A DNA stretch of 64,000 bases from an uncultured Rhodobacterales bacterium (GCA_963999845.1 CAXEVV010000005.1:3835-67834); one strand, 5' to 3'; counted from the first letter of the stretch, positions 30,890 to 41,634 are shown. The notes: a model not told the origin generated them from the letters alone. Translations and numbers: made by a program.

Positions 30890-32371
30890 TTACCACCATT
30901 TTTCAGGTTTATCGACGAATCCAGTGGCACTTTCCAGGGTATAGGCGATATTCAATAGATCTCCCTCCTCCCATGGACGTCCAATTAGCTGTAAACCCAA
31001 GGGTAGCCCCTCACTGCTTAGGCCAGCAGGTATGGATATACCTGGTAAACCCGCCAAATTGACAGTCACGGTAAACACATCATTTAGATACATTTCAACT
31101 GGATCCACACTTTCCATTTTACCAAGTTCAAAGGCGGCTGATGGTGTTGTAGGAGTGAGAATTGCATCAACACCAGTGGAAAAAACGTTCTCAAAGTCTT
31201 GCTTTATCAGAGATCTAACTTTTCTAGCACGGTTATAATATGCATCGTAAAATCCAGCTGATAACACGTAAGTGCCAATCATTACCCGTCTTTGCACTTC
31301 CGTTCCGAAACCCTCAGATCTGGATCTTTCATACATTTCCGTGATGGTTTCACCTGCACTTAAAGTGGCTCTGCGACCGAACCTTACTCCATCATATCTT
31401 GCTAAATTTGAGGAAGCTTCTGCTGGAGCAATCACATAATAAGCCGGAAGCGCATATTTGGTATGTGGTAATGAAATATCCACCACCTCAGCACCGGCAC
31501 CCCGTAACATTTCAGCCCCATCTTGCCATAAGCTTTCAATTTGAGACGACATGCCATCTAATCGATATTCGCGCGGTATTCCGATTTTTTTTCCTTTAAT
31601 ATCACCAGTAAGCATTGCTTCAAAGTTGGGTACAGCATTATCAGAACTTGTACTGTCTTTCTTATCGAAACCACACATTGGTTCTAGCATAATAGCCGTA
31701 TCACGCACGGATTTACACATCGGCCCAGCTTGATCAAGTGAACTTGCAAAAGCAACTATGCCCCACCTGGAGCATCTACCATAGGTCGGCTTTACGCCAA
31801 CAATGCCTGTAAAAGCTGCAGGCTGGCGGATAGACCCACCAGTATCAGTTCCTATCGCTGCAAGACATAAGTCAGCTGCAACAGCTGATGCTGATCCACC
31901 CGAAGATCCTCCTGGAGTGAGCAATTTATCTGAAATTTTCCATGGGTTTATAACATTACCATACACAGATGTTTCATTTGAACTGCCCATAGCGAATTCA
32001 TCCATGTTCAATTTACCCAGAGTGACGGCACCCGAATTTTTCAAATTTTGCGTTACGGTACTCTCATATCCTGGTTTGAAACCGTCTAAAATTTTACTTG
32101 CAGCTTGAGTTGGAACACCTTCGCAAGCAAAAAGATCCTTAACGCCAAGAGGTATCCCGCACAGGGAGTGGGCGTCTCCTTGTTTTAATAGTAAATCTGC
32201 TGATTTTGCCTGATCAAGCGCCTCATCAGGCGTTTTGTGAACGAACGCACCAAGGGCATCCGCAGCATCAATTGCCGAAATGCATGATAGCGTGAGCTCT
32301 TCAGAGGTTATTTCTTTAGCCCTCAACTTGTCTCTCGCCTCTGCGATTGTCCAGGTGTTAGTATCCGCCAT
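30890..32371 (-). CDS. gatA: Asp-tRNA(Asn)/Glu-tRNA(Gln) amidotransferase subunit A
   Basis: Amidase signature [13 protein letters not shown], 493 aa. Its start overlaps the gatC stop (TAATG). Confidence 0.95.
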   Translation of the reverse strand: MADTNTWTIAEARDKLRAKEITSEELTLSCISAIDAADALGAFVHKTPDEALDQAKSADLLLKQGDAHSLCGIPLGVKDLFACEGVPTQAASKILDGFKPGYESTVTQNLKNSGAVTLGKLNMDEFAMGSSNETSVYGNVINPWKISDKLLTPGGSSGGSASAVAADLCLAAIGTDTGGSIRQPAAFTGIVGVKPTYGRCSRWGIVAFASSLDQAGPMCKSVRDTAIMLEPMCGFDKKDSTSSDNAVPNFEAMLTGDIKGKKIGIPREYRLDGMSSQIESLWQDGAEMLRGAGAEVVDISLPHTKYALPAYYVIAPAEASSNLARYDGVRFGRRATLSAGETITEMYERSRSEGFGTEVQRRVMIGTYVLSAGFYDAYYNRARKVRSLIKQDFENVFSTGVDAILTPTTPSAAFELGKMESVDPVEMYLNDVFTVTVNLAGLPGISIPAGLSSEGLPLGLQLIGRPWEEGDLLNIAYTLESATGFVDKPEKWW

Positions 32372-32658
32372 TACTCTACAACCTTAGGAACAGCAAAAAA
32401 TCCTTCTCGGGCATCTGGGGCATTAGAAAGTACTTTATCTTGCTGATCCCCGTCACTGACCTGATCAATACGACGTTTTAACTTTTGCGGGGAAACGGAA
32501 GTCATCGGCTCAACACCTTCAACGTCAACTTCATTCAATTGTTCAATAAACTTAAGAATTTGGTTAAATTCGTTTGCTAGGCTATCTAACGAATTCTCAT
32601 CAACTTTAATTCGTGCTAACTTTGCAACTCTTGCCGCTGTCGCTCTGTCGATTGACAT
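32371..32658 (-). CDS. gatC: Asp-tRNA(Asn)/Glu-tRNA(Gln) amidotransferase subunit C
   Basis: 95 aa, [21 protein letters not shown].. is typical GatC. Located upstream of gatA. Confidence 0.9.
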   Translation of the reverse strand: MSIDRATAARVAKLARIKVDENSLDSLANEFNQILKFIEQLNEVDVEGVEPMTSVSPQKLKRRIDQVSDGDQQDKVLSNAPDAREGFFAVPKVVE

Positions 32659-32828
32659 AAAAAAACTCCATTGTTCAGGCTAGATCCATTTAACGTTCAT
32701 TGGAGTTTACTGCAAGTAGCTGTTCACGTTATTTGCACCGTATCAAAAATTCCAGGTCAACTGATCACATAAGTTGCTTTTCTACATGATAAATTGCTAA
32801 AAATAAAACGCATAAAAATGAAAGATAC

Positions 32829-33572
32829 ATGACAGATAATTTTCCAAAAATTAATTTTGTAGGACTTGATGGCATTTTGGTACAATTTTCCGATGAGATT
32901 TGCGAAAGTGCTAACTCAGCCGCCTTGGCTTTGCGACATGAAGTGGAGCAACAAAATCAACCTGCTATTCTAGAAAGTGCTAACTCGTTGACAGCTGCAT
33001 ATTTCAGGATCGATACAAAGTTAGCATCAGTAAATTCGATCCTTAGCTTTTTTGACGAAATACTGAGAGAAAAAAACTGGTACACTTCAACCCTGCCCAC
33101 AAATCGCAAGCTTTTTCAAATACCTTGCGTATTTGGAACTGAATTAGCCCCTCAGTTCAAAAAAGTTATAGAACTAGCAGGAATTAGCCGATCTCAGGCC
33201 ATCCTGGAGTTTACTACCACTCGAACACGAGTAATGACTATTGGCTTTTCCCCTGGGCAGCCTTATGCTGGCTTGCTCTCTGAAAAATGGGACATACCAA
33301 GATTGGCTGAAGTCGCGAAAAGTGTACCTAAAAGCGCGCTTGTTTGCGCAATAAGACAGTTAATTATTTTTTCAAATAGCACCCCAACTGGCTGGCATCA
33401 CATAGGCCAAACTGCATTCGAATGTTTTAACTCTAATAGACAGAAACCAATTTTACTAAAACCTGGCGACGAAATAACTTTTGTAGAAATTAATTCAAGC
33501 GAATTATATCAAATCAATAACGATAACGCTGACGGACTTGGTGGTGTAAAAATTTCAGAGATTAGGAATTGA
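32829..33572 (+). CDS. pxpB: 5-oxoprolinase subunit PxpB (KipI / allophanate hydrolase subunit 1 family)
   Basis: CT_C_D-type domain, 247 aa, first gene of a B-C-A cluster. Confidence 0.85.
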   Translation: MTDNFPKINFVGLDGILVQFSDEICESANSAALALRHEVEQQNQPAILESANSLTAAYFRIDTKLASVNSILSFFDEILREKNWYTSTLPTNRKLFQIPCVFGTELAPQFKKVIELAGISRSQAILEFTTTRTRVMTIGFSPGQPYAGLLSEKWDIPRLAEVAKSVPKSALVCAIRQLIIFSNSTPTGWHHIGQTAFECFNSNRQKPILLKPGDEITFVEINSSELYQINNDNADGLGGVKISEIRN

Positions 33573-33573
33573 T

Positions 33574-34575
33574 ATGTTGGAAGTAATATCAATCTCAGGC
33601 TTTTCCTCCTTTCAGGATCTTGGAAGAAGTGGCTTCTACTCTAAGGGTATATCACGGTCCGGTGCGGCGGATTATTATGCACTTTTTGAGGGCGCTGCCT
33701 TGCTTGATCAAGATCCAAACAGTACTGCACTTGAACTTATTGGAAATGGAGGAACATTTAATATTTTAGAAGACTGTATGGTAGCGTTGACAGGCGCAAC
33801 TATGCCGGCCAGCTTGGATCAAAAACCTTTGGATTGGAATGCTAGCCATTATTTATTTAAAGGTGGCATACTCAATTTGGGAGCACCTCAGAACGGTCGC
33901 TATAGTTATCTGCATTTACGGGGAGGTTTTACGGCGCCAAGAATATTTAACTCTAGCTCGGCTCAGCCACCTGCTGGTATTGGCAAGTACTCTCTTCAAG
34001 CAGACATCTTGGCTCCGTCAGAAAAAAATTTAGAGACCATCAAGTGCCAAGCAATTAAAGCATTTGACAGATTTGACACAACTACTTTTAGATTAATTGA
34101 GTCTTTTCAAACTCATTTTTTTACATCTGAAACAGTAGAAAGATTTACAGAAACGGAGTTTTCAATTGATAATCAATCCAATAGGAGCGGAATAAAATTA
34201 ACTCACACTGGATCAGGTTTTTCTATTTCTAACCAATTGAAAATTGTATCGGATATGATAGTTCCCGGCGATATCCAAATGACCGGTTCTGGGCAGCCAT
34301 TTGTTTTATTAGGAGACTGTCAAACAATGGGAGGGTATCCAAGAATAGGATGTATTATTCCCCCTGACATTCCAGCTATTGCCCAGCTAAAAACTGGAAA
34401 AAAAATTCGGTTTAAGTTCATATCAAGAGATGATGCAAATAAAATTGTCTCAGAGGATGGTAAAGAATTAGAAACAATCACACAAAGATGTTCAGAACCA
34501 ATTCTTGACCCCCAAAAAATTACAGATTTAATGGATTTAAATTTGATCGGTGGTGCGATATGGGCAAAAGATTAG
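33574..34575 (+). CDS. pxpC: 5-oxoprolinase subunit PxpC (KipA / allophanate hydrolase subunit 2 family)
   Basis: CT_A_B-type domain (..GDCQTMGGYPRIG..). Starts 1 nt after the pxpB stop. Confidence 0.85.
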   Translation: MLEVISISGFSSFQDLGRSGFYSKGISRSGAADYYALFEGAALLDQDPNSTALELIGNGGTFNILEDCMVALTGATMPASLDQKPLDWNASHYLFKGGILNLGAPQNGRYSYLHLRGGFTAPRIFNSSSAQPPAGIGKYSLQADILAPSEKNLETIKCQAIKAFDRFDTTTFRLIESFQTHFFTSETVERFTETEFSIDNQSNRSGIKLTHTGSGFSISNQLKIVSDMIVPGDIQMTGSGQPFVLLGDCQTMGGYPRIGCIIPPDIPAIAQLKTGKKIRFKFISRDDANKIVSEDGKELETITQRCSEPILDPQKITDLMDLNLIGGAIWAKD

Positions 34576-34590
34576 TGTAAAGGATATTTT

Positions 34591-35343
34591 ATGCATATAG
34601 ATTTAAATGCGGATTTGGGTGAAAGTTTTGGATCCTGGGTCAAGGGAAATGATGAAGCTTTGCTGGATATAATATCGTCTGCCAATATTGCTTGTGGCTT
34701 TCATGCTGGAGATCCCGATGTAATGGCAAAGACTATAAAATTGGCAAAAAACAGAGGTGTAGGAATTGGAGCACACCCCGGTTTCGACGATTTAGTTGGA
34801 TTTGGTCGCAGACGCTTGAACCTTCCTATTGAAACTATCCAAAACCAAATTCGATACCAAATTGGAGCAATTAAAGCTATGGCGAATGCAGAAGGCACAA
34901 CAATAACGCATGTTAAATTACATGGTGCCCTTTCAAATATGTGTTCGGAAGATTACGAGCTCGCTAAAGCATGTTATGAAGCAGTGATGTCGGTAACCAA
35001 AGAAGTTCCAATTATGGCCTTAGTAAAAACAAAACAACAAGACGCCGTAGAAAACCTTAAAGCTAATTGGGTTGGAGAAATATTTGCAGACCGAAGTTAC
35101 AATGACGATGCAACATTGGTGGACCGATCAATGCCAGGTGCCGTTATAGCTGATCCTATCGCTGCCGGAGCGCGCGTTGCTGAAATGATTTCCAGAAGTG
35201 CGATTATTACCCATACCGGCAAAGAAATAAAAACTAAAATTGATACAGTATGCCTTCACGGTGATACACCCAATGCCGTGAACATAGCTAAAGAAATTAA
35301 AGATGCGCTTGAAAAAAGTGGAATAACTATTACCAGATTTTAA
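34591..35343 (+). CDS. pxpA: 5-oxoprolinase subunit PxpA (LamB/YcsF family)
   Basis: MHIDLNADLGESFG.. and NIACGFHAGDP are hallmark LamB/YcsF motifs. Confidence 0.9.
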   Translation: MHIDLNADLGESFGSWVKGNDEALLDIISSANIACGFHAGDPDVMAKTIKLAKNRGVGIGAHPGFDDLVGFGRRRLNLPIETIQNQIRYQIGAIKAMANAEGTTITHVKLHGALSNMCSEDYELAKACYEAVMSVTKEVPIMALVKTKQQDAVENLKANWVGEIFADRSYNDDATLVDRSMPGAVIADPIAAGARVAEMISRSAIITHTGKEIKTKIDTVCLHGDTPNAVNIAKEIKDALEKSGITITRF

Positions 35344-35394
35344 AAATCATCTGCATATGATAATTAGCAGTAGATATATACCAAAAGCAAATCA

Positions 35395-36444
35395 TCACAT
35401 GGAAAAATTATTTATTATTGTGATGCCAGACTCCGATCTGGTTCGAAATTGTAACATAGCTTCATGCACCTGACTCAGTTTTAACTTTCTGGTTATTAGA
35501 CTGTCCATTTTAATAGAGCCGTCAGTGATCATTGTTATTAGTGGCTCAAAACCGGACGACGTCATACCCCGCGTTCCAATAATTTTCAATTGTCTGGAGT
35601 ATATCAAATCTAACAGAGCAAGAGACACAATAGCATTATCTGCAGTGGGCATTCCTACCTGAATATGCCTGCCAAGTTTTCTAAGTGAACGAATACTATT
35701 CTGGAAAGTAACCTCTTCTCCAAGGGCATCTAACGAAACGTGGACTCCACCGTTTGTTAGATCTCTGACCTCTTGCCAGATATTCTTAAATTTGGCTGGA
35801 TCTAAAACGATATCAGCCCCCAGATCAGTGGCCTTTTTTAGTGCAGAACTATTAATATCGATGCCAATGACTTTTGCACCCATAGCTTTTGCAATCACAA
35901 CAGCAGATGTGCCTACACCACCGCACCCAAAGACTGCCAACCACTCTCCTGCTGATAGACACGCGCGGTCCGTAAGCGCTCTAAATGCGGTTGTAACTCG
36001 GCACCCCATTGCCGCCGCTATCTCAAAACTAAGTGAGCCTGGGAGGCTTACCAGATTAAAGTCAGCAAACCGAATTTCAACAAATTGAGCAAAACCACCA
36101 CGTATGGTAAAACCAATTGTTTCCTGATTATCACATATTGTAGAATTACCTGTCTGACAATCAGAGCACAAACCACATCCCAGAATAAATGGAACAGTTA
36201 CACGATCACCGACAGAAAACTCCTTAATTTCAGATCCAATTTCAACTATAACGCCTGCTAACTCATGCCCCATAATGTGAGGCAGTTCAACGTCTGGATC
36301 ATGTCCTGACCATGCATGATGATCTGACCTACAAACCCCACATGCTTTTAATTCAACGACTACGGATTTTGGCCTACACACTGGATCATCTACTTCCTCA
36401 AAGTTCGGCGGAGTACAAAATTTATGTAAAACAGATGCCTTCAT
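35395..36444 (-). CDS. zinc-dependent alcohol dehydrogenase family oxidoreductase
   Basis: GVCRSDHH, GHELAG, the structural Zn cluster GCGLCSDCQTGNSTIC and GCGGVG Rossmann motif. Start set at MKASVLHKF (36444). Confidence 0.85.
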   Translation of the reverse strand: MKASVLHKFCTPPNFEEVDDPVCRPKSVVVELKACGVCRSDHHAWSGHDPDVELPHIMGHELAGVIVEIGSEIKEFSVGDRVTVPFILGCGLCSDCQTGNSTICDNQETIGFTIRGGFAQFVEIRFADFNLVSLPGSLSFEIAAAMGCRVTTAFRALTDRACLSAGEWLAVFGCGGVGTSAVVIAKAMGAKVIGIDINSSALKKATDLGADIVLDPAKFKNIWQEVRDLTNGGVHVSLDALGEEVTFQNSIRSLRKLGRHIQVGMPTADNAIVSLALLDLIYSRQLKIIGTRGMTSSGFEPLITMITDGSIKMDSLITRKLKLSQVHEAMLQFRTRSESGITIINNFSM

Positions 36445-36554
36445 AAAAAAATCCAATTGTGTAATCTTAGTTTACTTTTATTTTCTAAACAAAGCCATTG
36501 ACAAAGACACGCCAAAAAGTTCGTCTATTTACAATAAACAAATTAAGTGAAGAA

Positions 36555-37337
36555 ATGTTGAACCAAGTAACTATCGACACATTCCAGGAAGATGGCATTG
36601 CCTTTATACCTGGACTATTCAAGGCACACGTTGAAAGTTTGAGAATTGGTGTTCAAAAAAATATTGAAAAACCCGGTCCATTTGCTGCAGAAAATACGAA
36701 AGAAGGTGAGAAGGGTCGCTTTTTTGACGATTATTGTAACTGGCAACGTATTGATGAATTTCGAAATGCGGCCTTCGATAAAAATGTTGCTAAAACAGCA
36801 GCACTTCTAATGCAATCGAAAACTATCCAGATGTTTCATGATCATGTTTTAGTTAAAGAAGCGGGGACGTTAACATCAACGCCCTGGCATACCGATGGGC
36901 CGTATTATTTTATCAAGGGAATTAAAACGTTAAGTTTTTGGGTGCCATTGGATCCAGTCAAAGACGCCACATTAAGAATGGTCGCAGGCTCGCACAAGTG
37001 GCCAAAGCCTGTACTTCCAACTAAATGGTTATCGAATGAAAATTTCTACCCGACTACGGATGAGTATTTACCTGTTCCAGATCCCGAAAAAGAACATATG
37101 GATATTAAAGAATTCAAGATGGAACCCGGAGATGCTGTTGCATTTAATTTCAATATTCTGCATGGCGCTCGTGGAGCAACAGCAGACCAACGAAGACGCG
37201 CGTTCTCCTTAAGACTGCTCGGTGACGATACAAGTTACACAGAAAGGCCTGGCCCAACTTCTCCTCCGTTTCCACAACATAATATGGAAGAGAACCAGGT
37301 ACTTCGAACTGATTGGTTTCCATTTATCGAATTTTAA
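36555..37337 (+). CDS. phytanoyl-CoA dioxygenase (PhyH) family Fe(II)/2-oxoglutarate oxygenase
   Basis: WHTDGPYY (HxD) and distal ILHGARG His, PhyH-like length. ATG at 36555 preferred over the track's TTG at 36498. Confidence 0.72.
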   Translation: MLNQVTIDTFQEDGIAFIPGLFKAHVESLRIGVQKNIEKPGPFAAENTKEGEKGRFFDDYCNWQRIDEFRNAAFDKNVAKTAALLMQSKTIQMFHDHVLVKEAGTLTSTPWHTDGPYYFIKGIKTLSFWVPLDPVKDATLRMVAGSHKWPKPVLPTKWLSNENFYPTTDEYLPVPDPEKEHMDIKEFKMEPGDAVAFNFNILHGARGATADQRRRAFSLRLLGDDTSYTERPGPTSPPFPQHNMEENQVLRTDWFPFIEF

Positions 37338-37403
37338 AAATTTAAATTACTTGAATTTGAAATGAACTAACGTAAGTAAAGGGAAGGTTGATTTTGAGAC
37401 AGA

Positions 37404-37829
37404 ATGATTAATTATACTTTACAATGTGAAAAAAAACACAGATTTGACAGTTGGTTTAAATCAGCTGAGGCCTTTGACATGCTGATAGAAAAATCACTGG
37501 TTGTATGTTCAGACTGTGGTTCAACTAATATAAGCAAAGCGATCATGGCGCCTAGCGTAAGCACCGCCAGAAAAAAAGAAAATAAATCTCAAGAAATTGC
37601 AAAAAAATCAAAAGTTAAAAATGATATTTTGGAATTAAAAAAGAAAATAGAAGCTAACTCTGAATATGTGGGAAACAATTTCGCAAATGAAGCCAGATCA
37701 ATGTACCTCGGAGAGTCCCCAGAACGTGCAATCTATGGGGAAGCTAAGGCCGATGATGCGAAAAAGCTTATAGATGATGGTATCCCAGTGATGCCACTTC
37801 CATTTCTACCCGTGAAAAAAACTAACTAA
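37404..37829 (+). CDS. DUF1178 family protein
   Basis: N-terminus MINYTLQCEKKHRFDSWF..VCSDCGS (zinc-ribbon-like), basic middle region and conserved C-terminus, typical of alphaproteobacterial DUF1178. Confidence 0.8.
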   Translation: MINYTLQCEKKHRFDSWFKSAEAFDMLIEKSLVVCSDCGSTNISKAIMAPSVSTARKKENKSQEIAKKSKVKNDILELKKKIEANSEYVGNNFANEARSMYLGESPERAIYGEAKADDAKKLIDDGIPVMPLPFLPVKKTN

Positions 37830-37944
37830 CCATTTATCTTCAATATAAATGCCCCTATTTTACACACAAGATAACCGTATCATGTGACTTGTATGTTATG
37901 GTATTACCATCTACACCGCCAGCGATGGAGTAAATTGGAAAAGC

Positions 37945-39174
37945 ATGTCCTTACTAGTAATGAAATTCGGGGGTACTTCTGTCGCAAATGTTGACCGAAT
38001 AAAGCGCGCGGCTAAACGCGTTGCGCTTGAAGTGGCGCATGGTAATAACGTCATTGTTATCGTTTCAGCAATGTCAGGTAAAACAAACGAATTAGTTAAT
38101 TGGGTGAATGATACTTCACCATTTTATGATGCTCGTGAGTATGATGCTGTAGTTTCATCTGGTGAAAATGTAACTGCAGGGCTGATGGCACTTACACTTC
38201 AAGAAATGGACATACCAGCCAGAAGCTGGCAAGGCTGGCAAGTCCCTGTTCGCACTAGTTCGTCTCATTCTTCAGCAAGGATCGAGAGTATTTCGTCCGA
38301 AGCTATTAATGAAAAGTTTGAACAAGGAATGAGGGTTGCAGTCGTTGCAGGTTTTCAAGGAATTAGCAAAGAAGACCGAATTACCACATTGGGAAGGGGC
38401 GGCTCCGATACCACTGCTGTGGCATTTGCTGCAGCCTTCAAGGCAGATAGGTGTGATATATATACTGACGTTGATGGAGTATATACCACTGATCCACGTA
38501 TCTGCGATAAAGCCAAAAAGCTGGATAAAATTTCATATGAGGAAATGCTTGAGCTTGCGTCGCTCGGTGCAAAAGTATTGCAAACACGATCTGTCGAAAT
38601 GGCTATGCGGTTTAAAGTTAAATTGCGAGTTTTATCTAGCTTTGAAGAGCCTAATGAACAAGCAGGAACACTAGTCTGCGATGAGGAGGAAATTATGGAA
38701 TCAAATGTGGTCTCAGGAGTCGCTTACTCACGCGACGAAGCCAAGATGACATTATTATCAGTTGCCGACAGACCTGGAATTGCTGCTGCTATTTTTGTTC
38801 CACTGTCAGAAGCAGGAATAAACGTCGATATGATAATTCAGAACATCGCCGAAGGTGGACGGACTGATATGACATTCTCATGTCCCGTTGATCAGGTTAA
38901 TAAAGCTGAAAAGTCACTACACAATGCAAAGGAGGCGGGGCTTATTAATTTCCAAGAACTAATTGCCGATACAAATGTTGCAAAAATTTCAGCAGTTGGA
39001 ATCGGAATGAGATCTCAATCAGGTGTTGCAGCCAAAATGTTTCAAACTTTGTCCGACGAGGGAGTAAATATTAAAGTAATTGCGACCTCAGAAATTAAAA
39101 TATCTGTTTTGATAGATCGGAAATATTTGGAGCTTGCAGTGCAATCCTTGCATGATGCATTTGAATTAAATTAG
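37945..39174 (+). CDS. lysC: aspartate kinase
   Basis: VMKFGGTSVA, SAMSGKTNELV and GRGGSDTTAVA, with C-terminal tandem ACT domains. Confidence 0.95.
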   Translation: MSLLVMKFGGTSVANVDRIKRAAKRVALEVAHGNNVIVIVSAMSGKTNELVNWVNDTSPFYDAREYDAVVSSGENVTAGLMALTLQEMDIPARSWQGWQVPVRTSSSHSSARIESISSEAINEKFEQGMRVAVVAGFQGISKEDRITTLGRGGSDTTAVAFAAAFKADRCDIYTDVDGVYTTDPRICDKAKKLDKISYEEMLELASLGAKVLQTRSVEMAMRFKVKLRVLSSFEEPNEQAGTLVCDEEEIMESNVVSGVAYSRDEAKMTLLSVADRPGIAAAIFVPLSEAGINVDMIIQNIAEGGRTDMTFSCPVDQVNKAEKSLHNAKEAGLINFQELIADTNVAKISAVGIGMRSQSGVAAKMFQTLSDEGVNIKVIATSEIKISVLIDRKYLELAVQSLHDAFELN

Positions 39175-39204
39175 ATTTCCTCCTTAAAGCAAGAGAGATC
39201 AAGC

Positions 39205-41445
39205 GTGCCAGAACGTACTCAGACCGACAGTCAACAACTACTGCGCAGATTGCGCGATACAATGGCTGAAGAACAAAAAGGGCAAGCGCGGTTAAATAAA
39301 ATTACTCATTTAATCGCTGACTCCATGCGCACTGAGGTATGTTCAATCTATTTGTTTCGGGATACCGAAACACTTGAACTATGTGCAACAGAAGGCCTCA
39401 AAACTGAGGCTGTTCACCAAACTCGGCTTAGAATTGGTGAGGGTCTCGTAGGTAAAGTTGCTAAGTCAAAGAAAGTAGTCAATACAGAAGATGCTCCCTC
39501 CGCACAGGGGTTCAGGTTTATGCCAGAAACAGGAGAAGAAATTTTTTCTTCGTTTGCTGGTGTGCCCATACAGAGACTAGGCGAGACCCTTGGTGTTCTG
39601 GTAACTCAGTCCAAAAACTCACGAAAATTTAGTAGCGAAGAAATCTATGCTTTAGAAGTTGTAGCCATGGTACTAGCAGAAATGACTGAATTAGGAGCTT
39701 TTGTCGGCGATGAAACAGGACTTACAGCATTACATCAGCAATCAGTTTTATTCCGCGGTACAAATGGCCAAGACGGTGCTGCGAAAGGCAGTGTTTGGCT
39801 TCATGAACCACGAGTTGTTGTTACAAATTTAGTTTCCGATGATGCAATAGAAGAAAAAACCAGGCTTCAAAATGCCGTGAACCTTCTGAGACAAGGTGTA
39901 GATGAAATAGTCGATAAGATTGCCGACGGAGATAAAGAGCAAACAGAAATTCTAAAAACCTTCCGAATGTTCGCAAACTCGAGAGGGTGGCTTAGACGTA
40001 TGGAAGCTGATATCGATCAGGGTCTATCCGCGGAAGCAGCGGTTGAGAAAGAACAATCTTCTGCACGAGCTCGCATGAGTCAGGTGGCGGATAGTTACAT
40101 GCGAGAGCGGCTCCATGATTTGGATGATCTATCAAATAGATTATTACGGATCCTGACTGGACAAGGCACAAATACTGGTGCAGAAATTCCAAAAGATCCT
40201 ATTTTGATTGCCCGTAATATCGGCCCTGCAGAGCTGTTGGATTATGGTCGAAGACTTAAAGCTATTGTCCTCGAAGAAGGGTCCGTCGGCAGCCATGCTG
40301 CGATAGTAGCACGTGCCTTAAGTATTCCTTTGGTAATTAATGCTAAAAATGTAACCACTGAAGCTTTAAATGGGGACCCTATTTTGGTTGATGGCACGCA
40401 AGGAATAGTACATTTGCGTCCTGATGATAATGTTGTTCATGCGTTTTCGGAAAAGATCGCAATGGAGGCTAAAAACCAAGAGCGTTACCATGCACTCAGA
40501 GATGAAGCAGCAAAAACTACCGATGGGCAGATAATTGATTTAAGCATGAATGCTGGCCTTATGGCAGATTTGCCAAGTCTAACTAGCTCAGGTGCTAGTG
40601 GAGTAGGATTATTCCGCACTGAACTGCAATTCTTAATAAGAAATAAGATGCCAAAAAGATCCGAGTTAAAAAAACTCTATTCTAGGGTCCTAGACGCAGC
40701 GAAAGGCAAACAAGTTGTTTTTCGAACACTTGATATAGGTTCGGATAAAGTTTTATCATATATGCCTAATGTCAGTGAGGCCAATCCTGCACTAGGTTGG
40801 CGGGCGATTAGAATTGCCCTGGACCGACCGAGCATATTGAGAATGCAAATCGAAGCCCTAATTCGCGCTTCAGATGGACGTAATTTATCAATAATGTTTC
40901 CGCTTATTTCGCAAGATAGCGAGTTTTACGAGGCAAGAGCATTGGTTGATAAAGTTTTGACCGGCGAAAAACGTTTAGGACATAATACTCCGAACGAAAT
41001 CAAGGTAGGAGCAATGCTAGAAACTCCATCTTTGGCTTACGCTCCAAAGAAATTTCTCAATGCAGTGGACTTCTTGTCGGTTGGAGGCAACGATCTGAAG
41101 CAATTCTTTTTTGCAGCAGATCGGGAGAACGAACTGGTAAGGCGAAAGTACGATACTCTCAGCACTAGCTATCTCGAATATCTGAGATTTGTTATCGACC
41201 GCTGCACCAAAAATAAAACACCTCTCTCCTTCTGCGGAGAAGATGCCGGACGGCCACTGGAAGCGGTTTGCCTCTGTGCCATAGGGTTTTCGAGTCTCTC
41301 TATGAGGCCTGCCTCAATTGGGCCGGTCAAACACCTACTTAGGAGAGTAAATCTTCAAGAGCTAAGCAATATCTTGAATTCAGAAATTGACAGCGGTTCA
41401 TCCAACGTGAGGTCAGTAGTTGAAAAATATTTGAACTCAATATGA
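39205..41445 (+). CDS. ptsP: phosphoenolpyruvate--protein phosphotransferase PtsP (EI-Ntr) with N-terminal GAF domain
   Basis: GAF region, phospho-His segment EEGSVGSHAAIVARALSIP, and C-terminal PEP-utiliser TIM barrel. GTG start. lysC-ptsP adjacency is common in Alphaproteobacteria. Confidence 0.9.
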   Translation: MPERTQTDSQQLLRRLRDTMAEEQKGQARLNKITHLIADSMRTEVCSIYLFRDTETLELCATEGLKTEAVHQTRLRIGEGLVGKVAKSKKVVNTEDAPSAQGFRFMPETGEEIFSSFAGVPIQRLGETLGVLVTQSKNSRKFSSEEIYALEVVAMVLAEMTELGAFVGDETGLTALHQQSVLFRGTNGQDGAAKGSVWLHEPRVVVTNLVSDDAIEEKTRLQNAVNLLRQGVDEIVDKIADGDKEQTEILKTFRMFANSRGWLRRMEADIDQGLSAEAAVEKEQSSARARMSQVADSYMRERLHDLDDLSNRLLRILTGQGTNTGAEIPKDPILIARNIGPAELLDYGRRLKAIVLEEGSVGSHAAIVARALSIPLVINAKNVTTEALNGDPILVDGTQGIVHLRPDDNVVHAFSEKIAMEAKNQERYHALRDEAAKTTDGQIIDLSMNAGLMADLPSLTSSGASGVGLFRTELQFLIRNKMPKRSELKKLYSRVLDAAKGKQVVFRTLDIGSDKVLSYMPNVSEANPALGWRAIRIALDRPSILRMQIEALIRASDGRNLSIMFPLISQDSEFYEARALVDKVLTGEKRLGHNTPNEIKVGAMLETPSLAYAPKKFLNAVDFLSVGGNDLKQFFFAADRENELVRRKYDTLSTSYLEYLRFVIDRCTKNKTPLSFCGEDAGRPLEAVCLCAIGFSSLSMRPASIGPVKHLLRRVNLQELSNILNSEIDSGSSNVRSVVEKYLNSI

Positions 41446-41634
41446 GATATTAATGGCTAAAGCTTTGCTCTGGACGAGAAAGTTTGATTTCGCTATACGT
41501 GTTTTATGTGTAGAACGAGGACTTCATTCATCCCAATTATTCGCCCGGCGCTTATTGATTAAAAGTGGCCGGGGCAAATCACCTACAAAGTCAATCAATT
41601 CGTAAAATACTGAAAAAATTAGAGAACATTCGTA

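Noticed and set aside
32709-32828. Guanidine (ykkC) or other riboswitch upstream of the pxpB/KipI-like carboxyltransferase genes
   Set aside because: No GC-rich stems or the conserved ykkC-type core sequences are present; the sequence is AT-rich and unstructured by eye.
37830-37944. Lysine riboswitch upstream of lysC
   Set aside because: The 115-nt AT-rich leader is too short for the five-helix L-box, and none of its conserved junction sequences are visible.
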